In this document: positions 15,018 through 29,519 of the stretch, in pieces | Numbering within the stretch: position 1 is the first letter of the stretch | How the letters are laid out: every line of letters begins with the position of its first letter | From: Octopus vulgaris | Taxonomy: Eukaryota | Direction of reading: 5' to 3' | Assembly: GCA_951406725.2 (NCBI GenBank) | Contig: OX597826.1 | Span: 25,668,001-25,732,000 of the forward strand | Length of the DNA stretch: 64,000 nucleotides | Made by a program: the position numbers and the translations under genes | The notes under the pieces: generated by a model | Told to the model about the DNA's origin: nothing | The model's input: only the letters and a program-made list of their open reading frames with translations | The model's database searches: none

Positions 15018-15323
15018 GGTGGAGGCACATGGCCTAGTGGTTAGAGCAGCGGACTAACCGTGAGGGATCGCGAGTTCGAATCTCAGACCGAGCATTGTGT
15101 ATCTTTATGAACGAAACACCTAAGCTCCACGTGGTTCCGGCAGAAGGTAATGGTGAACTTCTGCTGACTCTTTCGCCACAACTTTCTCTCACTCTTTCCT
15201 CTTGCATCTTGCAGCTCACCTGCGACGGACCGGTCTCCCGTCCAGGTGGGGGAACCTGTACGCCAAGGAAACCGGGAAACCAGCCTTAATGAGTCAGGCG
15301 TGGCTCGAGAAGGAACAAACAAG
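15018..15323 (+). mobile_element. SINE family C (tRNA head), 11-bp TSD
   Basis: TGGCCTAGTGGTTAGAGC (A box) and GAGTTCGAATCTC (B box); TSD CAATGTTTTCA at 15007-15017 and 15324-15334. Confidence 0.92.
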
Positions 15324-15810
15324 CAATGTTTTCAATTAGAAGATGAAAAGTTTGTGGAAAGTTACAATGTTTGTACGTTTCCTAAAGGTCAATTACCTCG
15401 AATCTCTTGAGAATTCCGTAAGATATTCTTAGTTTTTTAAAAATTTTCAACTGAAATTGGTGACTCATTACAAAAGGTGAGATCGGACGGGATAATGATG
15501 GAATATTTTTACGGTTATGAGTTTGTGTATTTATATTAGGAAATTATCAGCAGTAATTCTCATCAGGTATTCAGTCTCACTGCGTAGCACCTGGGGCAAT
15601 ACTCACCAGATTTTGGCCTCGGGCCTGCCAAACTCTGGTGAGTGGATATGGTATACGTTTGGTATACGGAAACTGAAAGAAGCTCGTAATCTATCTATTT
15701 ATATGCGTGCATATGCTCGTACGTATATGTCATAAATGTGTGTATATATGTATATGGGTGTATGTGTCTCTGTGTGCGTGTTTATTCAGATGTTGGCATA
15801 TACTAAGTTT

Positions 15811-15864
15811 AGACCCTCTGATGAATTCTCAAACGAATGAAACACCACAAGTCTTGTAAGTCCC
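15811..15864 (+). ncRNA. Degenerate type I hammerhead ribozyme motif
   Basis: CTGATGA-ATTC(tcaaac)GAAT-GAAA-CA..TG-TA; stem II is perfect, stem I is eroded. Confidence 0.5.
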
Positions 15865-16373
15865 ATCATGTAAAACAAACAAATAGACCCACTCTGTTTT
15901 ATGTTATTGAGTACTTTATTTTAAACTGTTGTTCTTCCAGACTTTTTAAACGGGTATTTCTTAACGGGTACGTACTAAATAACACATACAAACACATACA
16001 CGTAGAGATACGTTTACATATATTGCTCTCGTTGCATCGTGGTGTCTAGTTACACAGAGGCCATCTGTCGAGTGATGTCAACACCAATACAGAACAATAT
16101 ACATTCATTGGATCTTTTTTCAGTTGAGAATACAAGAAAATAAAGAGAAGGAAAAGAAAGAACTTTTGTCAGACACTGAGAAACGGTAAATATCTCACAG
16201 TCTATCGTAGTAGCATGATATTACACGAATACAATAGTTTTGTTTTTGTTTTTTTCTTCTTCAGTGCATTGTTTACAGTAAACCCAAACCGTTCTTTCTT
16301 GAAATGCCGGGTCGCCTTTCTCAAGCTGCTGCGGAACACTCACGCGCATAGATGTGCACGCACACGCGCGCGC

Positions 16374-16422
<49 letters not shown>

Positions 16423-16615
16423 CGCTCACACACACACATACACACACACATACATTCACACATGTGCACACGCACACATACATTCATACATGCGCACACA
16501 CACACATACATACGTGCATACATCTGTATACACACACATATATATGTATATATATATTAAAAGAATAAAAGGTAATGTCATGCCACATTGTAATAATTCT
16601 TATTCTTATGATAGT

Positions 16616-16661
<46 letters not shown>

Positions 16662-16689
16662 GTGTGTGTGTGTGTGTCTGTGTGTGTGT

Positions 16690-16985
16690 GTGGAGGCGCA
16701 ATGGTTAGGGCAGTGGACTAGCGGTCGTAGGCTCACTGTTTCGATTCCCAGACCGGGCGTTGTGTGTGTTTATTGAGTGAAAACACCTAAAGCTCCACGA
16801 GGCTCCGGCAGGGGATGGTGGCGATCCCTGCTGTACTCTTTCGCCGCAACTTTCTCTCACTCTTTCTTCTGTTGGCCTGCTCGCTTAGCCAGCGGGGTGG
16901 CGTCATTTGAAGGCTAAAAAGCAATGCGAAGCGCATTGTGACCAGCGATGTGTAACAACATCTGATAGCCTGGTCGGTGATCACG

Positions 16986-16990
<5 letters not shown>
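16690..16990 (+). mobile_element. SINE family C variant with a different 3' half (3' fragment also at 25920-26041, minus)
   Basis: Shares head and ACTCTTTCGCC.CAACTTTCTCTCACTCTTTC body with 15018-15323, then diverges to ..GACCAGCGATGTG..CTGATAGCCTGGTCGGT. Confidence 0.85.
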
Positions 16991-17042
<52 letters not shown>

Positions 17043-17195
17043 ATGTATGTATGTATGTATGTATGTATGTATGTATGTATGTATGTATGTATATATATAT
17101 ATATATATATATATAGTTAATCCAAACATGAAAACACAACAACGCGAGGACGTGGAACAAGTATAGTATTATTGGAGGCCCAGGAAGGAAGGGGA

Positions 17196-17230
17196 GTTTA
17201 ACGTTTCGAGCGGAGCTCTTCGTCAGAAAC
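17196..17230 (-). ncRNA. Minimal hammerhead ribozyme (Penelope type) in repeat 17115-17270
   Basis: Minus strand GTTT-CTGACGA-A-GAGC(tcc)GCTC-GAAA-C-GTT-AAAC: stem I GTTT/AAAC, stem II 4 bp, palindromic ACGT stem III. Confidence 0.75.
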
Positions 17231-17291
17231 ATAGGAAAAGGAAAGATCCAAAGAAAGGAAGACGGAGGAAATATATATATATATATACATA

Positions 17292-17413
<122 letters not shown>

Positions 17414-17501
17414 TATGTAGGTCCCGGGTTGAGTCGGGGTTAACCACAGTAAATAAGGTACTCAATACATAGCAGAGTAAATTAATTTATTTTATAGAAG
17501 G

Positions 17502-17552
17502 AGCTTCTACAAGACTAGAACTGTTTCATTCAAATGAAATCATCAGGAAGCT
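17502..17552 (-). ncRNA. Type I hammerhead ribozyme (left arm)
   Basis: AGCTTC-CTGATGA-tTTC(attt)GAAt-GAAA-CAG(ttctagtc)TTG-TA-GAAGCT. Confidence 0.78.
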
Positions 17553-17744
17553 TGGTGTCAAGAATAGTTTTGGCATTTATACATTTAGTCAGATTTAAAA
17601 TGGTGGTGGTGGGGGACTTTTTGGGGTAGGCAGGGCACAAACTGTCTTTCTTAGGGGAGTGGTCAAAAGAATCAGTGATAAAGTAGGTAAATGAATAAAT
17701 AGAATAATAGAATAGAGTTTTAGGTAAATAAGAAGACTATCGCT

Positions 17745-17776
<32 letters not shown>

Positions 17777-18211
17777 CACACATACATATTTATATACATA
17801 CATATATATATACATATACATACATATACACATACTCATTCATACACACACACATATATGCATACACCCATATATACATATATATATACAAATACACATA
17901 CACATACATGCCACCATGCGTATATGTGCGTGTATATGTATGTGTATACATAGAACATGTGTGTTTGTGTATGTGTATGAGTGTGCGTGTGAGTGTGTGT
18001 GTGTGTGTGAGTGTTTGCGTTCGTATCCGTGGGAAGAGAGATAGAAAGGAAGGGAGAGGGGCAATAAATGAATTTCATTTAGGCCGGCTAGTTCCCGGGG
18101 GAGGATCTACTCCAGCGCCACTATATGTGTGTCGGCGTGTAGGTAGGTCGAGGTCAAAATAAAAATAAAAATAAAATAAGTGAGGAAATGTGTGTGTATA
18201 TATGTGCATGT

Positions 18212-18265
<54 letters not shown>

Positions 18266-18351
18266 AATCCAAACGGGAAACAAAAAAACAACAACAAGGG
18301 AACAATTACAGTATTATTATTAATAGGCGCTCAGGAAATAGAAGCAGGGAG

Positions 18352-18386
18352 GTATGACGTTTCGAGCGGAGCTCTTCGTCGGAAAC
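18352..18386 (-). ncRNA. Minimal hammerhead motif, second copy (core CCGACGA), in repeat 18262-18440
   Basis: GTTT-CCGACGA-A-GAGC(tcc)GCTC-GAAA-C-GTC-ATAC. Confidence 0.65.
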
Positions 18387-20636
18387 ATAAAGAAGGAAGA
18401 GAGAGGAAAGAAAGATCCCGGAGCGGGCAACGGAGATAGAGAAAAAAAACGGCTGGTGTTAGGAGTAGCACATGGTGAAAGGCGGATGTTTACGATAACA
18501 AGAGCAAAGTGGGTTTTTAAAGGCAAAAGAGTGGAGACAAGGTTGGTAACGCAACAGATGTGTGTGTATGTGTGAGTGTGTGCGTGTGCGTGTGTGTATG
18601 TGTGTGTGTGAGGCGAGGTAAAAAAACAAAAAATATATGTATGTGTTAGTGTGTGCGTCTGTGTGTAGGCGTGTGAGGTAGGGCGAGACGGTGGTCAGCA
18701 TAGCAGCAGCATAGCAGACAAAGGTCAGTAGTGAGAAAAGGGAGGAAGGAGGAAGGGAGGGAGGGGAAGGGGTGGGGGCGTATGTAGCGTGCCAGCGTGT
18801 GTTGAGTAGTAGTGTGTGTGTGTGTCCAGTGTCGTGGTAGTATTAGTGGCGAGTAGATTGAATGTGTGTAAGAGTGATGTATATGTTTAAGCAATGTGTG
18901 TATATGTGTGCGCGTGTGTGTAACGAAAAAAAAGGGGGGGTTTTAGGAAAAGGACTCCAGCGGAGGGGAAGATGGAAGAGTGGTCCCGCGGAGACGGGCG
19001 TGGGAAAACCCAACGACAAGCGACATCCCAGGAACGGGCGGGAGGTCTCGTCGGGTCCAAGGGCGAGGTGCATGCGGGGCGCATGCGTGCGCGAACCGGC
19101 GCAAACGAGTGTGTGCGCGAGCCTGCGAGTGTGCGCGTACGTATGTGTGCGTGTGGATGTGTGAGTGTGTCTGTGTGTATGTCTGGGTGGCAGTGTGTCC
19201 GATGAATGTATGTGAGTATGTGTGTATATATGTGTGTGCATAGATGTATGTCCGTGTGTGTGTGTGTGTGTGTATGTGTGTATGAGTGTGTATGTATGTA
19301 CGTGTGGGTGTGGGGAAGTGTGTGTATGTGCATGTGTGTGCGCGAACATACAGGTGTGTGAGTGAGTGCGTGTGTGTGTATGTATGTGTGAGTGTGTATG
19401 TATGTGTGTGTAGGATGCATGTATGTGTATGGGTGTATGTATGCGTGTGTGTATGTATGTATGTGTACGTGCGTGTGTGTGTGTGTATGCGTGTAGGTGT
19501 GCGCGTGTGCATGCGTGCATGTATGTGCGTATGTGTGTGTGTGTGCATGTGTGTGGGTATATATGTGTGTGCGTATATGTGTGTGTATGTGCGTACATGT
19601 GTGTGTGTGTGCATGTGTGTGTGTAGGTGTGTAGGCGTGTGTGTATAGGTGTATGTATGTAAGTATGTATGGGTGTGTCCGTGTATGTGTGTATGTATGT
19701 GTGTGTATGTAGCTGTGTGGGCGTGTGTATATGTGTGTGTATGTAGGTGTGTAGGCGTGTGTATATAGGTGTATGTATGTATGTCTGGGTGTGTCCGTGC
19801 ATATTTGTGTGTGTGTGTGTATGCATGTGTATGTAGGTGTGTGTGTGCGTGTGTAATGTATGTGTGTATGCGTGTGTATGCGTGCGTGTGTGTATGTAGG
19901 TGCGTGTGTATGTGTGTGGGAGTGTAGGTGTGTGTGTGCGTGTGCGTGTTTATGTTGGTGTGTGCGTATGTGAGTGTGAGTGTATGAGTGTTTGTCATGC
20001 ATGTGTGTGCGCGTGCAGGTGAGTGTGTGTGTAAGTATTTGTGTGTGTATGTTTGTGTGAGTGTGTATGTGTGTATGTCTGTGTGTATGTATGTGCGTAT
20101 AGGAGTATGTAGGTATGTGTGTGTGTATGTATATGGGTGTATGTATGTATGTGTGTGTGTGTGTGCATATATATATGTGTATGTGTATGTATGTGTATAT
20201 GTATATGTGTGTGTGTGTATGGGTGTGTATATTTTTTTATATATATGTGTGTAGATATATGTGTGCGTGTGCTTGCATGTTGGCATGTATGTGTATGTGT
20301 ATTTGTATATATATATGTATATATGGGTGTATGCATATATGTGTGTGTGCATGTATGAGTATGTGTATATGTATGTATATGTATATATATATGTATGTAT
20401 ATATATATATGTATGTGTGTATATGTATATATGTATATATAAGCAATAGTCTTCTTATTTACCTAAAACTCTATTCTATTATTCTATTTAATCATTTACC
20501 TACTTTATCACTGATTCTTTTGACCACTCCCCTAAGAAAGACAGTTTGTGCCCTGCCTACCCCAAAAAGTCCACCACCACCACCACCCCTTTAAATCTGC
20601 CTAAATGTATAAATGCCAAAGCTATTCTTGACACCA

Positions 20637-20687
20637 AGCTTCCTGATGATTTCATTTGAATGAAACAGTTCTAGTCCTGTAGAAGCT
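20637..20687 (+). ncRNA. Type I hammerhead ribozyme (right arm)
   Basis: Stem I AGCTTC/GAAGCT, core CTGATGA (20643-49), GAAA (20662-65), stem III ACAG/CTGT, GUA triplet with predicted cleavage after 20681. Confidence 0.82.
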
Positions 20688-20732
20688 CCTTCTATAAAAT
20701 AAATATATACATATATATATATATATATATAC

Positions 20733-21819
<1,087 letters not shown>

Positions 21820-22331
21820 GAGAGAGAGAAGAGAGTTAGAGAGCAACTAAAAGAGAGTGAGAGAGAGAGAGTGGGAGAGTGGGAGAATGTGAGAGAGAGA
21901 GAAACCAAAGGGGAGAAAAGGGAAATAGGGAGAGAAAGATATCTGCAGAAACTGTCGATGGCTTGGCACAATTTCTCTATTAGCACGTAGTATATGTTTT
22001 ATACGCATACACAATGTTACATGCATACACACTGACATTTATACATACACAATTACGTGAGACCTTGTATTTTTTGTGTGTGTGTGTGCGCGCGAGTGTA
22101 TCTCTGTGCTTGTATGTGTGCGTGTTTGATGTGTAAATACCTGTCTACCCATCTCTGTCACTATCTATGTCAATGTTTATATTTATAGGTAAATCTTTCA
22201 ATATATGTCGACAGTTTACTCTCCATCCCTTCTACCACTGTCTCTATATGTGTAACTAGGGTAGAGCAATAGAAATACTTATATCTTTATGCAACGAAGT
22301 ACGTTCGTTTTCTTATAAGAATGATATGTAT

Positions 22332-22369
<38 letters not shown>

Positions 22370-22406
22370 GCAGAAGGTTGAAAAGTAACACACGTGTTGA
22401 TATGTA

Positions 22407-22962
22407 TAAGGAAAATAGGACAAGGTAGAAAATGCTAAAATAATTTTATCATGAAGAACATTTTAGTTACTGGTTTCAATATTTTCAACTTTTTCAACTT
22501 AGAGTAAAACATGAAAAACAATTAAATTGGGGGAAAATTAAATTAAATGATTTAAAAAAAATATTTCCACAGTTTTCAAATACGTGGGACAGTTTCCTCT
22601 TTTGTTTTGTCACTCTCTCTCTCTCTCTCCTTCTCTCTCTTTTACTTTTGTGAAGGCTCGGTAGGTAGGTAAGTAATAGATCTGAAGAAATATTTAATAC
22701 CAAAAGTAAAGGAGAGAGAAAGAGAGAGAGAGAGAGAGAGATAGAGAGAGAGACAGATAGAAAGAAAAAAAGGAAAATATCCGGCATATTTGAAAACTAG
22801 GGAAATATTTCAAAAACACATTTCATTTAATTTTTCCCCCAATGTAATTGTTTTTCATGCTTTACTCTAAGTTGAAAAAGTCGAAAAGTTTGAAACCGGT
22901 AACGAAAATGTTCTTCATGATAAAATTATTTTAGTATTTTCTACCTTGTCCTATTCTCCTTA
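22407..22962. repeat. Foldback element: about 250-bp inverted arms (22407-22650 / 22701-22962), 50-bp spacer
   Basis: TAAGGA.AATAGGACAAGGTAGAAAAT..CTTTTG is mirrored by CAAAAG..CCTTGTCCTATTCTCCTTA. Confidence 0.9.
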
Positions 22963-23093
22963 CACACACACACACACACATGCATATGCATGCACAAGCA
23001 TATATGTATATGTATGTCTGTGTGTGCATATATATCCAGCCACAAATAATACTCACATTTAAATACTCATGCATACATACATCTAAACATATG

Positions 23094-23228
<135 letters not shown>

Positions 23229-23424
23229 ATGTGTGTGTGTTTGTGTGCGTAGATAGCGAGACATGTACATACACACTCACATAAATGCGTGTGCTATATA
23301 TACACATATATGTGTGTGTCTGTATATATATATATGTATGTATATGTATGTATATATACGTCTATATATATATATATATATGTATGTATATGTATATATA
23401 TATGTAGGTATATATGTATGTATA

Positions 23425-23457
<33 letters not shown>

Positions 23458-24850
23458 ATATATGTTTGTATATGTATATATATATGTATATATACATATA
23501 CATATGTATATATGTATATATATATATGTATTTATTTATATATATACATGTATATATATACATGTATGCACACATATATATATCTATGTATATATTTGTA
23601 TATATATATATATATGGCGGTGCCCCAGCATGGCCACAGCTCATAGGCTGGAACTGGAATCAATCAATCATATATGTATATATATGTTTGTATATATATA
23701 TATATATACATATATATACATGTATATATATGTATTTATTTATATATATGTATATATGTATATATATATACATGTATACACACATATATATATCTATGTA
23801 TATATGTGCATATATATATATATGTGTATATCTATATGTATCTCTATATGTATATATATATATATGTGTGTATATATATATGTATGTATATATATATATG
23901 TGTAAATCACACACATACATAACATAGCTGGCGTAACCATCATGCTTCACTAAATGGATGTGCAGTTAAATATCTACTTACAGTGATAGGCTAATCGATT
24001 AATTTCACATTAAGCTTTTTTTCGCAATTGAACGTCTGTAATAAGATAGCATAAGATAACATAATTAGTCTTTTTATTTTATAAAAAAAAACTTTACATT
24101 TATCGTAAGTCAATAAAAATATAATCGTTGTCTTTTATATTCATCAGTTTATAAAATGTAAATCTATCCTAGCATCGTGTTTATAGAAGAGAAAGCTAGA
24201 CTCTGCTGCTGATGTGAAATTGAAACTGAAACTGAAAGTAATTGAGTTAGGCGAAACAAGCGCAGGCATGGCTATGTGGTTATGAAGAACGCTTTGCAAT
24301 CTCATAGCTTAGGGTCTTTAGTGTCGTTACGCATCTAGGACTTTCGGCAAGTGCCTTCTACTATAGCCTCAGGCAAATCTGTGCCTTCTGAGTGAATTTG
24401 TTTGTAAATTTGGCAGATGGAAGCTAGTCGTGTATATATTTAGTGGTTCTTCAAGTAATGTGTTTGTAGATGCTTAATGGATTAGATGCGAAGCTGGAGG
24501 AGCAAAAATTCTCGAAATATGTATATACTCCAATTACCTACCTTTTTTTATCTTCAATAAAAGACGTATTCGTATACGAAACGTCGAACCTTCAGTTCTG
24601 TACAAAATCCGTAGAGATAACTTTAAAAATGATTTTATCGCACTGCTAACACAGGTAGGGCACAACATTGACTTCTAAGCCTTTAATATACTTCGTAGTA
24701 TTCAATTATGGTTACATAATGAAATACGGCGTCCCGTTCAGCAATTAATATGTACGTACCAGTTGTCAAGAATGTGTTTATTTTATAAAATTTGTATATC
24801 CAATAATGTTACGCCGCTATATTTGGTGGGTATTTAAGTAATGTGTAGAA

Positions 24851-25012
24851 GGCATAGGAGTGGCTGTGTGGTAAGTAGCTTGCTTACCAACTACTTGATT
24901 CCGGGTTCAGTCCCAATGCGTGGCACCTTGGGCAAGTGTCTTCTACTATAGCCCCGGGCCGACCAAAGCCTTGTGAGTGGATTTGGTAGACGGAAACTGA
25001 AAGAAGCCCGTC

Positions 25013-25090
<78 letters not shown>

Positions 25091-25302
25091 GTGTCTGTAC
25101 GTTTGTGCGTCTGTGTTTGTCCCCCAACATCGCTTGACAACCGATACTGGTGTGTTTACACCCCCGTAACTTAGCGGTTCGGCAAAAGAGACCGAGAGAA
25201 TAAGTACTAGGCTTACAAAGAATAAGTCCTGGGGTCGATTTGCTCGACTAAAGGCGGTGCTCCAGCACTATCGCAGTCAAATGACTGAAGAAGGTAAAAG
25301 AG
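24851..25302 (+). mobile_element. SINE family A, full length and consensus-like
   Basis: All modules present: head, CORE-like segment, (TA)n(TG)n, tail. Confidence 0.92.
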
Positions 25303-25869
25303 TATGGTTAATAGATTGGATGTGATACTGATGAAGGAACAAGAACTCCTGAAATATGTATATACATCCATTTCCTATTTTTCCATATTCGTTTCCATTG
25401 TCTACACAGACGTAATCGTATACGAAACGTCGCAACAAGTCAGTGCTGGCTCTAATTGCTATTGTAAGTCTGTGGAGATAACTTTGAAAAATGTTGTATG
25501 TATGTATGTATGTATGTATGTATGTGTGTGTGTATGTAAACATTATGCTTTTACAAGGAAAATGGTGATTTCGAAGTTTCGGTGTGCTAACGTTCATTGA
25601 CCTTTCCGACAAAGGCTAGCGTGCCGAAACTTCGAAATCACAGTCACCTTTCTTATTGTAAAAAAATCCACCCAACATATACTCAACAAAAAAACAACAA
25701 AAACAAAACAAAACTGTTTTATGCTAAATTGTTTTATATAAACCTGACGTAAACACACACACACACATAGTCACACATAAGCATACACACACACGCACAG
25801 TCACAGACAAACATCCACACACACACATACACACATATTTATATACAGATATACATATATAAATATTAA

Positions 25870-25920
<51 letters not shown>

Positions 25921-26040
25921 CACCGTGACCATCGTGACCGACCAGGCTATCAGATGTTGCTACACATCGCTGGTCACAATGCATTTCGCATTGTTATAGC
26001 CTTCAAATGACGCCACCCCGCTGGCTAAGCGAGCAGGCCA

Positions 26041-26084
<44 letters not shown>

Positions 26085-26085
26085 A

Positions 26086-26124
<39 letters not shown>

Positions 26125-27252
26125 AATACATACGTGCGTACATATATACGTATGTTGGTATATATGTATTATGTACCAACATATGTATGTGTTATGTACA
26201 TATGTATGCACATACATACATACATACACACATACATACATACATGCATGCATACATATACACATACACGTGCGTCTGAGTGACTTTACGTGTTTATGAA
26301 TAGTTGAACATCCTCAGCTAGATAAAATCTATTCAGTACGTGACAAATTTTGCATTTTTGACTAGAAATAGGTGTAAATCAGATGTTCAATTGCCTTTAC
26401 AAAATCTAAACAGCTTACTTTACCATGTCATCACCAATGGACTGTATTAATAAACACAGTGTGAAAGAAAAAAATATGTTGTTCATAGCGATCTTATTCA
26501 GTTTGGTTTAACAGCCCGTATCTAGTGAAGTTATTCTCACAAATACTGACTACTGACTTCTTATTGTGGTGTCACGTGGCTTAGCGGTTATGATGGTGTC
26601 TGCAAGAGCTTTGTTTCGATTCCCAGGCCGAGTGGTGCGTTGTGTTCTTGAGCAAAACACTTCATTTCACGTTACTCAAGTAGATTCATCTGCAAACGCA
26701 CTGGCGTCTGGGGGAGTGTTGTGATCTCGGTCACTTATATTCGCCATGAGAAACGGATTAAGTGCCAAACAATTCAATCCTAGAACTCGAGAGAGTAATG
26801 CTGCGATGTTCATGGTTGTGAGTTCTAATGCCGCTCCTAGCTCAACTTTGAGTTTAATCTTCTTTTGAGACTTGATTAAAATTAGTACTTGGGTCGATAT
26901 AATTCACTATTAATCCCGTCTGCTTCAACATCTGTGATCCAGGGCTCAATTTAGAAATATTTATGAAGGGTGGATAAGTAAAATTAGTGGAGCTGTGAGG
27001 TGAACGCTAAAATACCTTACGTATTTAGTTATATTCATTGTTATACGTTCAAAGTTTAAATGCCACTGACATCATACATATATACATACATAAATACATT
27101 CATACATACATAAATACACATGTGTGTATGTATCACGTATGTAAGTATGCATGTATGCTTGTATGTATGAATGCATAAAAATGTATGTATATCTTTATAA
27201 AATAAGCATCGGTAAGACTTGACTCTCTTTCAATGTGTGTGTATATGTGTGC

Positions 27253-27304
<52 letters not shown>

Positions 27305-27339
27305 GTATATATATATGTATATATGTATATATGTATATA

Positions 27340-27390
<51 letters not shown>

Positions 27391-27430
27391 ATATCTATCT
27401 ATCTATCTATCTATTATATATATATGTATG

Positions 27431-27505
<75 letters not shown>

Positions 27506-27708
27506 ATATATATATATTCTTTTTAGTTTTAATCGAGAGAAAGTTACAAGAAGGCCACAGGGGCTCAGAGCTTTTTACACATTCCACATATGCAGGGAAA
27601 CCTCGACTTTTCTAAGTTTCTGTGGACTGTAAATTCTTAAAAAATATATTTAGACTCTAGATTTCAATTGTTTCTCGTATTTCCTATATATATATATACA
27701 TACATATA

Positions 27709-27787
<79 letters not shown>

Positions 27788-28073
27788 GTATAAATGTAAG
27801 AAAATAGTTTTATAACTTCGTTAAACTGAAAGCAATTTCGTTAAACCTTTATTATGCATTAATTTATTCCATATATTTTTCTTCATTCGTATTACCCTTT
27901 TAGATTTTATTACCTTTTATTCGAGCATATGTGTATATTTTATACTGTTGGGTGACTTATTGTTGTAATATATATGTATATTCAATTTTTGACAATTTGG
28001 GAATGATATAAAGTTGTTTTGACTGATTGGAGCGTTTATTCATTATATCTTTTAATTTATATGTATAAATATG

Positions 28074-28227
<154 letters not shown>

Positions 28228-28499
28228 TAAGTGAATTCCTTATGGTAGAAACTATGTATCTGTATTTATTACAGAAACAACACTACTACGTTATCAGAAC
28301 CACAAACTGAAAAGATGCCATAACAACGTAAAACGAATGTACTCTAAGCAAGACTTATTGATTATGCTTAATCTGTTATCACGAGAACTCGTTTATAACT
28401 ACATTGTTTTAGATCGTCCCAAATATTGATATTCCCCTATCATAGTGACTACAGTGTTACTTGTATAACCTCAATTTGGCAGCAACCATTTTCTTTACC

Positions 28500-28776
28500 T
28501 CCATCCCTAAGATGGAGCAACCGTTTAGCTGAGCTTAAATAACACATTCAGTTAGCAGTGCAGGAGCTAACTCCTGAAATGCTTCAGAGTGTGTTTCACA
28601 ACGCTAAGGAGAGATTTGAAGTACTCAGGGATACAGACATACTGAAAATTTTTACTAAAAGTTTGACGTAAGATTTATAAATCTATTTGCTTTGGTAATA
28701 AACATAAAATTCTGTCAGTTTTTAAAAATTTTTTCTCAAATTCATTGAAACAGATAGTTAGTTCTGGAGCACCCTG
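28500..28776 (+). pseudogene. Tc1/mariner 3' relic (transposase C-terminus and right TIR ..CACCCTG|TA)
   Basis: LAELK*HIQLAVQELTPEMLQSVFHNAKERFE resembles the C-terminus of the 44175-44708 transposase; the terminal CACCCTG-TA is the same. Confidence 0.6.
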
Positions 28777-29519
28777 TATGGTGTAGAGTTGTTAGTTCTT
28801 GCGTTGCTCGAATAAATATTAAATCAAAAGTCTTCTCGCCGTAAACATCCTATCTTTTTGTTAAGTATATTGTATCAAGGAGTATATTATCCAAAATGCA
28901 TCTCTCGTTTACAGGTGTGGCTGTGTGGCTGAGAAGCTTGGTTTCCAGTCATATCGCCTTGAGTTCAGTCCCACTGCACGGCACGCTGGGCAATTCTTTT
29001 TCATTACAGATCCATGCCAACCAAAGCCTTGTGTATTATATAATTGCCATTACTGTATTGTTATATAAAATAACACATACAGCTCACTTATTATTGTCAT
29101 ATAATAAACAAACAGAAGTTCGTGTATGAAATTGATCTTTTTCCTACTTCAGTTATTACATGTTTTTTTTTTTGTTATAAAATACACACATACAGGAGGA
29201 GTAAATCCCTATATATAATAACACTTTGAATGTAGCTTACGAGAAAGAGTAAAAGTAATTACCCGATCAACGACGGGTATTACTGCTAGTATATAATTAA
29301 ATATTATTAGGAACTCTATAAAAAAATAGGTAAAATATTTCTTGTATTATAGAAGTATAACCAAATTATGGGTCATATGGGCCACTGGCCAATGAAGTCA
29401 CGTGCTGGGTCGAAAATATTAGTTTTGACTCAGGCTTGCGTTCGAATTCTATCAGAATCGATCTAATTTGTTATACAGGGTAGGCCAAATGCCATGCACT
29501 AAAACATTCGACACTATTT

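Larger units (their letters stand above)
17486..20704. mobile_element. Non-autonomous Penelope-like element with about 430-bp inverted arms (17486-17919 / 20275-20704) enclosing GT-rich low-complexity DNA
   Basis: The arms are near-perfect reverse complements, including microsatellite-like parts; each arm carries a hammerhead; both ends lie at or near (TA)n. Confidence 0.75.

Noticed and set aside
15018-15090. tRNA gene (also 33353-33420)
   Set aside because: A and B boxes are present, but the sequence continues into a SINE body bounded by TSDs and lacks a proper acceptor stem.
18843-20594. Long His/Thr- or Cys/Val-rich ORFs (327-469 aa)
   Set aside because: Translations of degenerate (CA)/(TG) repeats that lack stop codons by composition; several frames are open at once.
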